Assembly (NCBI GenBank): GCA_040285825.1
Contig: JAUPSS010000009.1
Coordinates: 868,001-932,000, forward strand
Length of the DNA stretch: 64,000 bases
Source: Eukaryota sp. TZLM1-RC
Lineage: Eukaryota; Protista; Metamonada: BaSk clade
Direction: 5' to 3'
How positions within the stretch are numbered: the first letter of the stretch is position 1; each line of letters starts with the position of its first letter. Position numbers and translations under genes: made by a program. Below are positions 23,567-35,825 of this stretch, in pieces. The notes below the pieces were generated by a model. That model saw only the letters and a program-made list of their open reading frames with translations, was not told the origin of the DNA and made no database searches.

Positions 23567-25623
23567 GGGGAAAACACCAAAATCCACACATACCACAATT
23601 TTTAGTCAAAATCCACAAACATTTCTCAAAGTAATTTTCATAATCCACATCATCCAGAACCTTTGATGAAAATCCACATATGACGTGACCCAAATCATTT
23701 CAAGTTGGTTGATCAAAATCATCTTTATTGAACATCTCTATTCAACTGCTTCTTATGATACAATAAACTATTGATTAGGACGACCTCTTTCGTTATGGTT
23801 TACTTCTCCGCATAAACCACACTTATAAATGCGTTTCTGAGCTGGCTTTAATGAAGTTTGAGATCTTCTGGGCTTATTTCCTGATTTTCTCTCACTTGTA
23901 TTCCTCATACGAACTTTCTTGGGTCTGCCCACTCTCGGCTTGGCAATTGGAGGTCCGCATACATTTACTTCCGGTGCTCTTTCATCAGATTCTACGTTAC
24001 TCCTCAGCGTAACATCATCAACAGATAATATTCTCCCCTCGTAGGCACGTAAATACCATAAAGAAGAGTGCTGTGGTGCACAGTATTCAATTCCTCTTGA
24101 ACCATTCCTTGTCAAAAACATCAGCAAGTGAGCACATGGTATTCCTTCTTTCCCATTACAGCAACTACAACTCTTTTCCCCAATATCAACGTTGAAAACT
24201 CTACCACTGTCTATGTCCTCAAACTTATCGTCATCAACTTCGATAGATTTTAACTCACGCAACAACATCAACCTCTCCTCAGGAATCTTAACAGCTCTTG
24301 GAACTAAAGCAAATTCAATCATTGCCCTGGCTTCTTTTTGTCTTGATACAAACCATTTTCCAAGCATTACTCTGATGCTATCAAACATTTGAACAATAGG
24401 TTGTTCTCTGGCTTCGTTTGATAGCAGCATTGAGTGATTCCCTGACGTTACTGGTGGTATGTCCCCACCTGTTTCCAAGAAACATACACTCGACCCAATG
24501 CTGAGGATCTGCCGTCTTCTCGATATTATCCGCTGCCGTCTGTGAGACAATCTCTGTTTCTTTTAGAATATCGTTGTAGTCATTGAGATTTTTTGCTTTT
24601 GCTAGTCGGAAAATAAAGCCTAGCTTTTTTTGATCCTTTACCTGTTGCATTATCAGCAAGATGTTTTACACAGAATGCATGAGGACATACAAGAAATACA
24701 GCCTCCACTGCATTGATCAGACCTTTTTGCCGATCGGAAATGACTGAAGTATCTGAGATAACAAATATGTTGCAAAGATGATCTAGACACCACAACCAAG
24801 TTGGTGTATTTTCAGTATCAACAACTCCAAACGCTAGAGGGAATGTCTGTCCATTTGCGCCAATTATTGCAGCTACCAAAATTGTTCCAAGATACTGATT
24901 TTGATGAAACAGCCGTCCGATTCGATCACAGGTTTACAATATTGCTGACCAGTGATGGATGCTGAAAACGCCAAAAAAACAACGACTAAAGCGATCATCT
25001 TCACCTGCTTCAACAAAAGCCACAGTTCCTAGCATTTTCTGTTTCAAACGTTCGAAGTAACGAGGTAGTAGGCTGAAGGAATTTTCCTTGTCTCCATATA
25101 ACAACATTTGTGCTTCTTTTACCACTCTAGAACATGCGTTATGATTGATTGACATGTCAGACATCCTTTGCATTCTAGTTGGAGATACTGGTTCACAACG
25201 TCTGAAATTCTCTTTCAAGATATGAGCAACAATTTTTGCAGGAACGTGATTGGTTGATTGTGCTTGACAAGGTGTGTTGTGCTCCACTAACTTCGTAACA
25301 ACCCAAACATCGCAATCAAGAGGAAACGTAGCAATAAAACGAAAGGGACACTTCTCATCATAACACCTGATTTCCTAGCGGGTCTTGTTGTTAGAGGAGA
25401 ACATTTTGTTGATTTCAATATTATTTTGATACAGAGTTGTTATTATTTTGTCACGAGATTCGAAAGCGTCGTTCACTGAGATGGATATAGGTTCAGCAGC
25501 TTTAAGGTTATTAAAACTAAGAGCAATAGTCATTTTTGTGGTTTTTGATGAAAAAGATGGGAATAATGTTGTTGTGGATTTTGATGGAAATTGATTTAAT
25601 CATGTGGATTTTGATGTTTTTCC
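23567..25623 (-). mobile_element. MULE/MuDR DNA transposon with degenerate transposase, TIRs and imperfect TSD
   Basis: MULE domain (FPLAFGVVDTE..W.W, ISDRQKGLINAV, HAFCVKHL, TTSNVRESLN), SWIM finger (CSC..GIPCAH) and CGLCGEVNHN knuckle. Ends are GGGGAAAACACCAAAATCCAC and the reverse complement GGAAAAACATCAAAATCCAC, with repeated AAATCCAC motifs. Flanks are actgatat (23559-23566) and aatgatat (25624-25631). Confidence 0.85.
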
Positions 25624-25639
25624 AATGATATATCCCCAA

Positions 25640-26645
25640 TTGCGTTACAGTCCATCTTTCTTTCAGCTTATAAAGTTGTTATCAAACAACAAGACTCTTT
25701 GACTCATCCAAGAGCCCGTCCCCAATTTATGTTTGAATACGGACGGGGATGGGATTGTTCTAAGGTCTCAAGTGAAACCATAGCAAATTGGATAACCTCC
25801 TGTAATGATAGTGAAGTTAACAAGCGCAGGAGGAAGAATATAATAATCTACACCTGTCTTTCTCATTCCATGAATGATATTTTCGTGATCATGTATGTTA
25901 CATCCATCCAATACTACACAACTTCTTCGACCACCTGACGCATAGAAGACATTATGATGAGAAATGATATAAATTGAGAACGGTCAAAATGGCCTCCTTG
26001 AATATGTGAAAACATATCTTTGACGTCGATATCGGCCACACATGCCGATATTTGTTCTTGTAGAACAGAGGAGAAACTTAGTTTTGTTTGTACTCCTTTA
26101 GGAGACCACACATTATGTCTGCTAAAGTGTTCGGTACGAAAGCTGATTTCATCAATAAAGAGGAGTCGTTGAGTCTGAGTTGGTCCAATTGCTAGACCAA
26201 TTCTGTTTTGAAAAGCCAATATTAGCTGCCCTCTGGCCTTTCTAACCAAAAGCTGACAACGTTTCCAGGAATATCCTGCCTGAACGAGAAACCGATGAAT
26301 TGTTGAGACACTAACATCTTTGTTTCGTTCTCAACGTAAAAGTACAACCATTTCTCTGAGGTATTAATCAGGCTTATGTTCAAGAGTACTGATGATGAAT
26401 TTTCGATCACTTCCATTCAGTATTGCGATGGTCTTCAAGTAACGATCTTTCGGACAAAAGGCTTGCCGTATCCATCTTGATAAAGTAGACTGATTGACGG
26501 CATAAAGAGAAGCTACTTCAACTTGTGATTTTTCCAACCAAAGATTCGTCCAAACAGCACCCACCTTGGTGTCTTCGCTTGCGTGATGAGTCAGTTGAAG
26601 CAGATTTATGTTGGGGTCGCACAGTAAGTCAAAGGTTAAGGGCAT
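25640..26645 (-). mobile_element. IS630/Tc1-mariner-like transposase remnant
   Basis: HTH-like VASLYAVNQSTLSRWIR and first catalytic motif LLFIDEISF..WSPKG; fragmented by frameshifts. Confidence 0.6.
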
Positions 26646-26899
26646 AAGGGATAACAGGCTGTGAGGAAACTTTCACTGTGAGGAAAAGGAAAAATTTTTA
26701 CGCATGCACAATTAAAAATCTCACAGCTCCATATCAAAAAAAGTTGATACTTTTACAATGATTTAGAAATTTCAACGTCCCTTCAGATTATTTTGCACGT
26801 GAAAAAATAAAACTTTCTTGTATATAAAATTAGTCTTTTTCAAATAGCCCAAAAACAGCAGATATTATGAACACTTCTTGGTTATTGACCCATTGTAAT

Positions 26900-28286
26900 T
26901 ATTCCTCATCGCTCAGTTGTTTCAGGTCTTCAGCCTCTTTTTTCCATCTCATTTAACTTTTAGTTATTTTATAATAATAATATTATTTGGCATTTCATTT
27001 GTTGATTTCGTTTCAATATCAATGGCAAGAACAGACCTTAGAGATTTAGCAGCTTTCAGTTCAGCAAAACTGTTTATCTTTATCATGCTTTGTTTTATAT
27101 TTTTGCCTTTTTGTGTTTTTTGTTTTTCCTACTGCCTGTGGGCTTTTTCGGCTGAATCTCAATTTGCTGGGTCTTTACATCAAATTGAGGTATAACTGTG
27201 GTATTTGAAATAACATCATCGATTGTATTTTGTAGCAATAATTCCTCAGCTGACTATAAAGCTTTTTATCTCATATGAAGATTAAGTTTAAGTCGTTTCT
27301 GTCTTGCAGATAGATTTGACAGTGAACTTTTAACGAACTGCTTGAATATTACCTTTTGTTCTGTATCAATAGGGGCAGAAGTTGAATCAACGCTAGGTGA
27401 ATGACTACTTTTATGCATAGTTTTGGGTTTTCTAGTAGCCCTTCAGGTAATTTTTCCCCTTTTTTCTATCAGAGAACAAGGTTCTTGTCTTACAATTTTT
27501 GAAGGAGGGGTTGATTTAGCTGTTGACTTTCTTTTTCTGGGCTGACTATCTAGTCTTGTTCCAGACTGTAGGTACTGCTCAAAATTTGCGGTTCTAGCTT
27601 CTTTGATTTCCCCATCAGTGCAAAGTTGAATATCTAAAATTTCTAAATTCATTCTAAATTCAGCCACGTTTAATCCAGATCCATATAATAAATCTATAAA
27701 ATTCACCAAATCTAAGTGGTGGTCATTTGATTTATACACCTGCTTGGCCATAGCATCGCACCAACATACAAACACTCCACAATCATATCCATTGGTTTGT
27801 CGTGGTATATCATTTAAAGTGACAATTGGTGCCAAGTCACCAAACTGATAAACCATCAATTTTGCAACTTCAAATTTAAGTGATTTAGTCAAAGAATCTT
27901 AATAATAAAAATATCTTGTATTTTTAAAGTTTTCAAAGATTAATGGACTCCAACGTGAACTACCATTTCCTATATAATCATTGAGACAAATAAAACTTAT
28001 TTTATTTTCAAATAAATTTAAATGCCGAGATGCCAACTCGACGTTATTGAAAAAATCAACAATGGTTGCAGGATGAATGAAATCTATGTGTGAAGATTTC
28101 AAAGTGGAATGATAATTGGAAAAAGTCGCGTCATGTAACCATCTGTGGGTAGTGGGGGTGGGGTTGGTGGGGTTGGTGGAAGTTGTGGTGGTGTAACAAC
28201 ATTGGCAACATTGGAAGAGAGGTAACCACGATAAGGGATTGACGAAGCATTGGAAGAGATCAAAGAAGATTAGCTTGACTACTCAT
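26900..28286 (-). pseudogene. Ulp1/SENP-like (C48) cysteine protease remnant with Lys-rich tail
   Basis: PRQTNGYDCGVFVC catalytic Q/C motif; the catalytic His position reads GSSRWS; in-frame stop between ORFs 27899-28102 and 27443-27892. Confidence 0.65.
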
Positions 28287-31200
28287 GACATTCCACATCC
28301 ATTTAACCACATGTAACACTGAGACGTCACTCCGTTAACTTAAATGCAAGGAGCAAAATGTCATTATACAGCAAATAAACCAGATCAATCAAAATTAAAG
28401 TTCTTGTAATTATGAGTTTTCAAATTCTGTTAACTACTGCTATCGCTTTACTTTACTGTATAACAGCTTTAATACATTGATTGTCCATTTAGAAGACATT
28501 TAAAAATCAATATTAGTCAGTTCAAAAAAAATATAAAATATGAAACCTCAATTTATATTATTTTGTATGGTTTGGATATAGTAAATATCGATATTCATTT
28601 AATAATTTAAAGATCAGTAATTTTGAAAAAAAGGAGGAATAAGCGTTGACTTTTCTAAGCTCAAGAAGAATAAGTACAAAACTAATTTTATCTTACTTAG
28701 GTAATTCATCTTTATTTTATCTCTACAACACAAGGCAACAGTAACAGTTTTGGCATCATTTGCACAGTGTTCATCTTTTAAGTTTAAGCGTATTACAAGC
28801 AAGTATCACAAGTCATCACGCAGTAGCCTTTTTTGACTTGTTGTATACCTCATAGTTTAATTTTTAGCGATTTATAGAAACAATTATTACGCATTCATTT
28901 AGAACATTATTTGTAGATCAACTGGAAAAATACTGATTTATTACACTCAATCATAGAAACTATTAAAATGCTTGGCGATATAAAATTCGATAATTAATCT
29001 CAATCACCCAGTGGAAATGTAATCACAAATAGGAATGTCGAAGAGCTTGTGGTACTCTTCATGCTTCTCTGATTGAGTGATTTGGAAAATAACTTTCAAT
29101 AGATATTTGTATTCTCTGTGGCACAGTGATACAATTTTGAGCGTATCGCAAATTGACCATTTGAAATTAGAGAACGATTGCCATGGTCACATGAAGTTGT
29201 AGACAGGTTAAACGTTTTGTTGTGTGAATAGAATTTTTCAGTGTAATCAAACTGGCCACAACACATGGACATGTACTTGAAAAACGATCCACCGCACCTG
29301 ATGCAATTGAAATTCTCATCGAACAGTAGATACATGCAATTTTGTAAACATTACTCTGAAGAAGAGCAAAACTTATCAGGATTGTTATGTGTGGCAGAAT
29401 AAGATAGCTGTCTCTCTATTTGATTGATTAGATCACCAACAACAACAGTTTTTTTGCAATAGAATTCATCAATATAAACCCTTGTTGTTGTTGCTGATAA
29501 ACTAGGTTAAAACAATTCAAGGTTTCACGTGATGATGTGGCCCTTGTTCCAGAACAATTATTTTCATTAATAAATGCTCTTTTTTGACTTTTTTTTGGAA
29601 TTTCTGCCTGATGGAATCACCTTGGGTTATGACCTTTGCCAAATAAATGCTGTTCAATTTTACATACTTTGTCTATTGTCTTATGTATTTAGATTGTTTC
29701 TGACTTACATTACTACTAGTCTTTAACTCTTTGAAGTAAATTAATTACATTTTTAGAGATACTACTCAATTTTTGGATTGTTTTGTGAAAAATTAATAAA
29801 AAATAAATTTTAAAATATTGACGTGGAAAATGGAATTAAATCAAAACAGCAAGTCTTGTTCGATTATACTCTATTTGTGTTATAACAGTACGAATAACAT
29901 CTTATTTAAAAATATATTATTATTAAAAATAACATTCAAAAATCTTATTTGAGAGACTCTACATTTTTTGTACTGACTATTTTCAACATAAAATTCACAC
30001 ATTTTGGTTAATTAATTTGTTTGTGTTTAGAAAATGTTTGAAGATTTTCATCAAGAAAAAAAGAAATCTATACCTTTTAGCTGAAATAACTCGTTGATAA
30101 TGATTCTGTCTTGTGAATGCGACCATGACGCTTTTGCAATCTTTGTGACTATTTGATAATTGTCGCTTTGGTAACTGAATATTGTAAATTTAAGCACAAA
30201 AGTATTCTTCAAATTGGAGGACAATAAGAAATAAAAAAATGATTGGAGGACATGTTTTGGTGTAATGTGTAATACTTTGTTAACATTGTAATGTTAACAG
30301 TTCAAAAGATGAGTAAACAAAAGAGTGTGAATTTTTCCGTGTGAACATTGATATTATTATAGAATAAGCTGACTTTTCAATTTTACGTTTTGTTGACAAT
30401 TTATCTGAGTCCTTTATCCATCAACAATAGAAGGGTAATTACCATGTGTTTAGCTGTTTGGTCTTCTGAACAAATTAAAGGTGCTCCTTTATTATATACA
30501 TGGTGTAATTCATATATGCATTTTTACTGCAACAAAGATTCAAATTACGAATAAAAGAAGCTCAACAGTAGGTAGAATTTCAGCTACTGTTTTGCAAATT
30601 TTCAGCAAAACACTGTGGCTCATCATGGAAATGTGATTACACTATTGTCTAGTTGTGACTGTTATTGTTAGCAATAGTTCAGTTCGACAACATTTAGTTA
30701 AATATTAAATCTCCAAAATAATCCAATACTAAGTTTATCAACAATAATAATTGTGTTTCAACCATACCTGGGTATGGCGTCATGACAATCAGCACTTCTG
30801 TCACAGTGTTGTGACAAATTGAATCTTTTGTACATAACATACTCGCTAAATCAATATACCACCTTTATTCATCAACTTCTTCGTGTCCTCAACTTTGAAC
30901 AAAACACCCACTGAGGGCTTCAAACTGCACTGCCTTCAAAATAGTACACATCTGGCAGGAAGCCTTGTATTTGAGCGCAACTACTGCAATAGTTGTGGAG
31001 ATTTTTGTCGCTGTGGAGGTGGGCATAAAACATTGTGTTTGATTTATTATGATTTACCTAAAACAACAAAAATTAATAAAAAAATATACAATAGCATTAT
31101 TTAAGCACATTGTCATGTCTGTCATGGTAATAGTTATGTCATGGCAGAGGTGTCCTGACAGTGTCATAACAAATGCAAGTTGTTGTGATGCCCAGGTATG

Positions 31201-32169
31201 GTTTCCACACCGCACACATAGTGTCTTATCATCATAAGAGATTAAGGAGGTCATACAGCTTTGCAGTGAAATTGTAAAATTGTCTCTGTTCACAATAGTT
31301 TCATTCCAATAACAAACAACCGGCAGTTCTTTAGCGTTTGAATGGCATTGATTAGAGTCAACATCAACAAATCTCAGTATTGTTCGGCTTTCACACTTTA
31401 TATCAAAATTAAGAACTATTCTTTCCAAAAGTTTCTTTGTCAAATTTCTACGTTCATTAAAAAGACACAAATCAAAAATATTCGGAAAGCATTACAAATG
31501 AAATTTTAAACTCAGCATGTATCAATATTAATGTAGAAGGATGTGATAGACCCCCCTATTTATCACAATATTAGTTTTAGATTTAACGCTTTTTCTGCAG
31601 TAAATCTGTTGGCTTTTTTGATCTTTTCAATTGAATTGAAATTTGCGATTTTCAGTGAGAATGGCCATTAATGGTGAATTCCTCAAAACAAATTACTTTT
31701 TGCGCGTTTTGAAGCTGAAATAGGACCAGCAATGGTGATCAATTCTGAAACTGAACTCAAACTTCACTATCCTCAATACATCAAGTAAATTCAAATCTTT
31801 ATAAGATCAGGACTATTTTCTGAAAGCATCTCTGTTGAACTCAGAAAGCTGAAAAAAATGAAAATTTATTCTGCAAAATAAACAATTTATGATGAAACAT
31901 CGACGAAATTGCTCTCAGACAGAGAGAAAAAATTCATGGAAGCAACAATCTTTATTTATAAATTAATGGCAAACGATCAAGCTAACGAAACAATGCTATT
32001 CTGCCCAAATAGTATGTTTTGACAGATTTTAATCATAGTTCTTGTGTACGTATAAAATTGATTGAAAAAGATTGTGCAGCAATGCAAAATAACCTCAATT
32101 CCAGCAAAACAACTGAAAAACAACAAATTGAGTGATGACAACGAATTACTGTAATCAAAACGTGTGATT

Positions 32170-32690
32170 ATGATACGAGATTCAAAAAGTGGACAACGAC
32201 GTGCTGGTGTGCCCTCATTTGATGATGTTTTGAATTTTGTTGATGTTGTAACAGTGGATGTTTGCAAGAAAAATGCCTTGAAAAATGCACAATCCGAAGT
32301 ACCCCATCTTGATGGTTCAGAATTGTACAAAAAAGAAATAAGGAACTCTTTTGAACGAATTGAAACATGTTCGCCATGTGGATTACCATATTTGCCCATT
32401 TGCTATTTCTTTGTATGGAAGTCGAGGAAGAACTGCAATGATTTTCATTGATGATCTTGAAAAGCTTGTAAAAAGAAGAATCAATAAGCATTTTGACCGC
32501 CGTTTGTGGTTGAATCGTATTGTTTTTACTAATTTCAAATCAATTCCTAAAATGATTTCGAAAGCACTGATGTCAGTCAGTGCATACTAAGGGGACATTG
32601 CTGTTGTTTCGTTCGATGGTGTGGAAGCTTGTTTTGAAGATATTGATTTTTAGACTGTATTTTTTAGATTAAAAGAATATAATAAAAAAC
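32170..32690 (+). mobile_element. 3' fragment of a family B CRE-like retrotransposon
   Basis: RRA.VPSFDDVLN.VDVVTVDVCKKNALKNAQSEV, WLNRIVFTNFKSIP; ends in AATAAAAAA. Confidence 0.85.
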
Positions 32691-32822
32691 GATTGAGCAA
32701 AATTTGTAACAGTGATTTGGTTGTCATTTTTGGAATTGATGTAAGGAACCTAAAAAATCATTGTAATTGAAGTATATTTAGCAGATTGGATTCCATTTCT
32801 TTTTCGAGTTTTCAATTGAAAC

Positions 32823-32951
32823 CATAGTTGAAGATTCCAATTAACAGCCTTTTGTCATGACGTCATGACGTCATAACAGAACTTAAATAACTTAATTAAC
32901 AGAGATTTATTCAAATGTTGTGATGACGTCATGACGTAATCTTCAACTATG
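32823..32951. mobile_element. 129-bp MITE with 14-bp perfect TIRs and 8-bp TSD (hAT- or P-type)
   Basis: CATAGTTGAAGATT (32823-32836) and AATCTTCAACTATG (32938-32951); ATTGAAAC duplicated at 32815-32822 and 32952-32959; internal inverted GTCATGACGTCAT repeats. Confidence 0.85.
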
Positions 32952-33013
32952 ATTGAAACACATTATCACTAGAAATAGATGAAACAACTACCAAAGATAT
33001 CAACAAGACCCAC

Positions 33014-33295
33014 TCAGATACATGCTCCTGCTCGTTGACATGATTGTCTGATACATATGTTGAGGATACACCGACGATTGTGAAAGTTAATACATGCATC
33101 AACACAGGGATCTATCCAGGAAGAAGAAGACAATGAGTAGCAACGAGTGCGACACACTTCAATAGTAGGACTGTATTCAATTATCCTCAAATCTGATCTA
33201 CATTCTGAGCACAGGTCTTGATATTGAGGAGAAAAGGACGCATAAACACAACCAGAAGAGAAGAGTAAAATAAGGCAAAGTGCAGTGATTCTCAT
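33014..33295 (-). CDS. Small secreted cysteine-rich protein, saposin-like candidate (paralog 1)
   Basis: Signal peptide MRITALCLILLFSSGCVYA; mature part has 10 Cys: CxxC..CxxxC..CxxxC..CxxxxCxxxxCxxxGxC; TATA-like sequence ~25-30 nt upstream. Confidence 0.8.
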   Translation of the reverse strand: MRITALCLILLFSSGCVYASFSPQYQDLCSECRSDLRIIEYSPTIEVCRTRCYSLSSSSWIDPCVDACINFHNRRCILNICIRQSCQRAGACI

Positions 33296-33382
33296 TGAAC
33301 AATAGTGAGAGTATAACCTATAATATAATAAGGTTTGAGAAAAAGTTCTTTATTAGACAAGACATAAACATGGAAGAACTTA

Positions 33383-33667
33383 CTAACAGAATCCATAGCG
33401 GTTACAAACTTCATTGATACAAGCGGTTAATGAACATCTTCCTGCTAACAAGTTATAACAAGCACTTAGGCACGCCCTGTGGTAATTTGAGTGGAGAACA
33501 TTGCATCGAAGACCGCACCACTCCCAATTAAGAGCATGTTGGATTGTGCGAAGATCAGTTCTACATTTTGAACATCTGGAATTGCTCTCCTCTACAGAAG
33601 GAGAAGCAGAAGCAGAAGCAAAGTACAACACTGATGCCAAACACAAGAGGATGACTAGGTGACGCAT
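33383..33667 (-). CDS. Small secreted cysteine-rich protein, saposin-like candidate (paralog 2)
   Basis: Signal peptide MRHLVILLCLASVLYFASA; essentially the same 10-Cys spacing as the neighbour; shared CSxCRxDLRxI. Confidence 0.8.
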   Translation of the reverse strand: MRHLVILLCLASVLYFASASASPSVEESNSRCSKCRTDLRTIQHALNWEWCGLRCNVLHSNYHRACLSACYNLLAGRCSLTACINEVCNRYGFC

Positions 33668-34129
33668 GAATCTAGTAATCGTAATGGGAAAATCAAGTCA
33701 AATCAATATTCAATCTAATCAGTTATGAATTAATTTTCTTAAATGTGTATGTTCAATAAATATCCAATCAGATCAGCCAAACAGTTTGTCTTTGCGAATT
33801 ATTATATACAGTTCTGTTAGATTTGTTCTGAAAAGTTTGTTTGACGCACATTTACAAACTAGTATTGTGAGGCTTTATTGTTTCGATGCCATTGGTACAC
33901 TGCAAGGACAACCTCTTAGACTTGATACAATACAAATCAGGTACAAAAAACAAGCTCAACATACCAACAAAACAATCAACCCCAATGTTGAGTCCATATG
34001 TTTACTCTGCTTTTACCAAATACAACAATTGGAAATGACATATTCGCGATTACATTGAGTGTACTAGAAATTTCTTTTCATCAATGTAAATTAGAAAATT
34101 GGGATACAATTTTGGTGAGAAATTAAATA

Positions 34130-34530
34130 ACTTTTGAACATTGTTTACATTTTATTAACTCAGATATCAGTTATCCTCCTCTTCCTGGGGAAAAATCCCA
34201 AATTGCTAAATATGCGAAACCTATTTCTTCTGTTAATGAAAATTAACCTGCCCAATATAATTTACGTCCCATTGTTTGCTCTTTGCTCAATTCTTCGGGG
34301 GCTGTTTATGCATTCCTTGAGGATTTCGCTGTTGTTGTAAAAGAATGGACTAGAAGAATTTACAATCATGTTCACAGGCAAAACAGATGTGAATTTTCTA
34401 TTTTTAAGGGAATAAAAATTTAAAAATTAAATTTATTTCTGATTCACTTCCTTCTTTTGGTAATTAACTGTTTCGATGTAGCAGAGGCAGAATATGAGGA
34501 TATGGAGCTCTATTTGTGTATTTGATTGTT
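34130..34530 (+). mobile_element. Decayed 3' fragment of a CRE-like retrotransposon (family E)
   Basis: Nucleotide similarity to 50860-51085 (aattgctaaatatgcgaaacc...) and 63150-63345 (tctgattcactt..cttcttttgg...gaggat). Confidence 0.7.
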
Positions 34531-34798
34531 CTAGTTTTACTCATGGCTTAAAACCAATTAATCTGTTTTCGATCACAATTATAGATACTATCACTGAATT
34601 TAACCTCCTTGCTCCCCATTTGTGACAATCACTGTTGCCAAGAATAAATAAAGACATAGAGGATATTTATTGTTGCCCAATGTTATTATGCATGAAAAAA
34701 AAGAAATGATCATCAAAATATAGTTAAAAAGGGTTACTTATTCTATTTTAGAGTTAAATATAACAAAAATGATTAAAAAAGACTATTACAAACTAAAT

Positions 34799-35825
34799 CT
34801 ACTTCTTGCTCTTTGAAGATCGGTATTTTCCAATAACTGTGATAAGAAAAATGAAAAAGTAATAACATACCAACTGCATGGTCACGTTCATATGGTTCAA
34901 GTGGAATCTGTTCAATGGGTTTAAAGTTTTCTTTAACAAGTTTTGAAACTTCCCTGGCAAATACGACTTCAGCAGCGACAGTAGAATCGATACAGTTTGC
35001 TTTAATACTAATGAGGAAAGCACCATCGTGTTTTAAAAAGTGATGAGCATTTATGGCAACAATTCTGGCTTGATCTGGCTGGGCGACGTCTGCGAATATG
35101 GTATCTACCATAGGGACAAGCATTCTGTATTTGTGTGGATGACGGGCATCCTCTACAATGGGAACAACGTTGGTCCTTTGCTGGGCAACACCTATCAGAT
35201 CACGACCAGAACGATGAGAGAATTCAACTGCATAGACCATTCCTTCGGGACCAACGATATCAGCTACATGTGAAACTGTGGTTCCATTAGCGGCACCCAG
35301 GTATAAGACCTTGCTTCCTGGGGCAATATAGATATCATCAACACCTCCAATAACGGTTGCTGCAAGCTTGGATCTAAAGGGGTTCCAGACACGATATTCT
35401 ACCTTCTCTTCATTGACATCGACGGAAATACGCTTTTCACCATAGACGGAAACACCAGGAACAGTGTTAAGAGTGGCCAGGGCGTCTTCTTCTTTTCCAA
35501 CAGACTTGACGACGAAGATACCGGGATGACGATGAGGTTCAACGTGGACTTTGCTACCGCCTCCGAGACCGGGCCTTCCACCACGAGAACCACCGCGGCC
35601 ACCTCTATCACCGCCACGACCGCGACCGCCTCTATCACCACCGCGGCCTCTTCCACCACGGCCACCCCTGTCGCCACCACGGAAGCCGCCTCTATCGCCA
35701 CCACGGAAACCACCACGGCCACCTCTATCACCACCGCGACCGCGACCGCCTCTATCGCCACCACGGCCTCTGCCACCACGACCGCCGCGGCCTCCGCGAC
35801 CGCCTCGAGAATCACCAAAAGACAT
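34799..35825 (-). CDS. NOP1: Fibrillarin (box C/D snoRNP 2'-O-methyltransferase); exons 35825-34871 and 34836-34799
   Basis: N-terminal RGG/GAR domain; [56 protein letters not shown]. Removing a 34-nt intron gives the conserved end [18 protein letters not shown]. Confidence 0.97.
34837..34870 (-). other. 34-nt spliceosomal intron in fibrillarin
   Basis: GTATGTTATTACTTTTTCATTTTTCTTATCACAG; removing it restores the canonical fibrillarin C-terminus. Confidence 0.9.

Noticed and set aside
28600-31500. Short Cys/Thr-rich ORFs, also at 36000-37400, possibly decayed surface-protein genes
   Set aside because: No sustained reading frame or recognisable domain.
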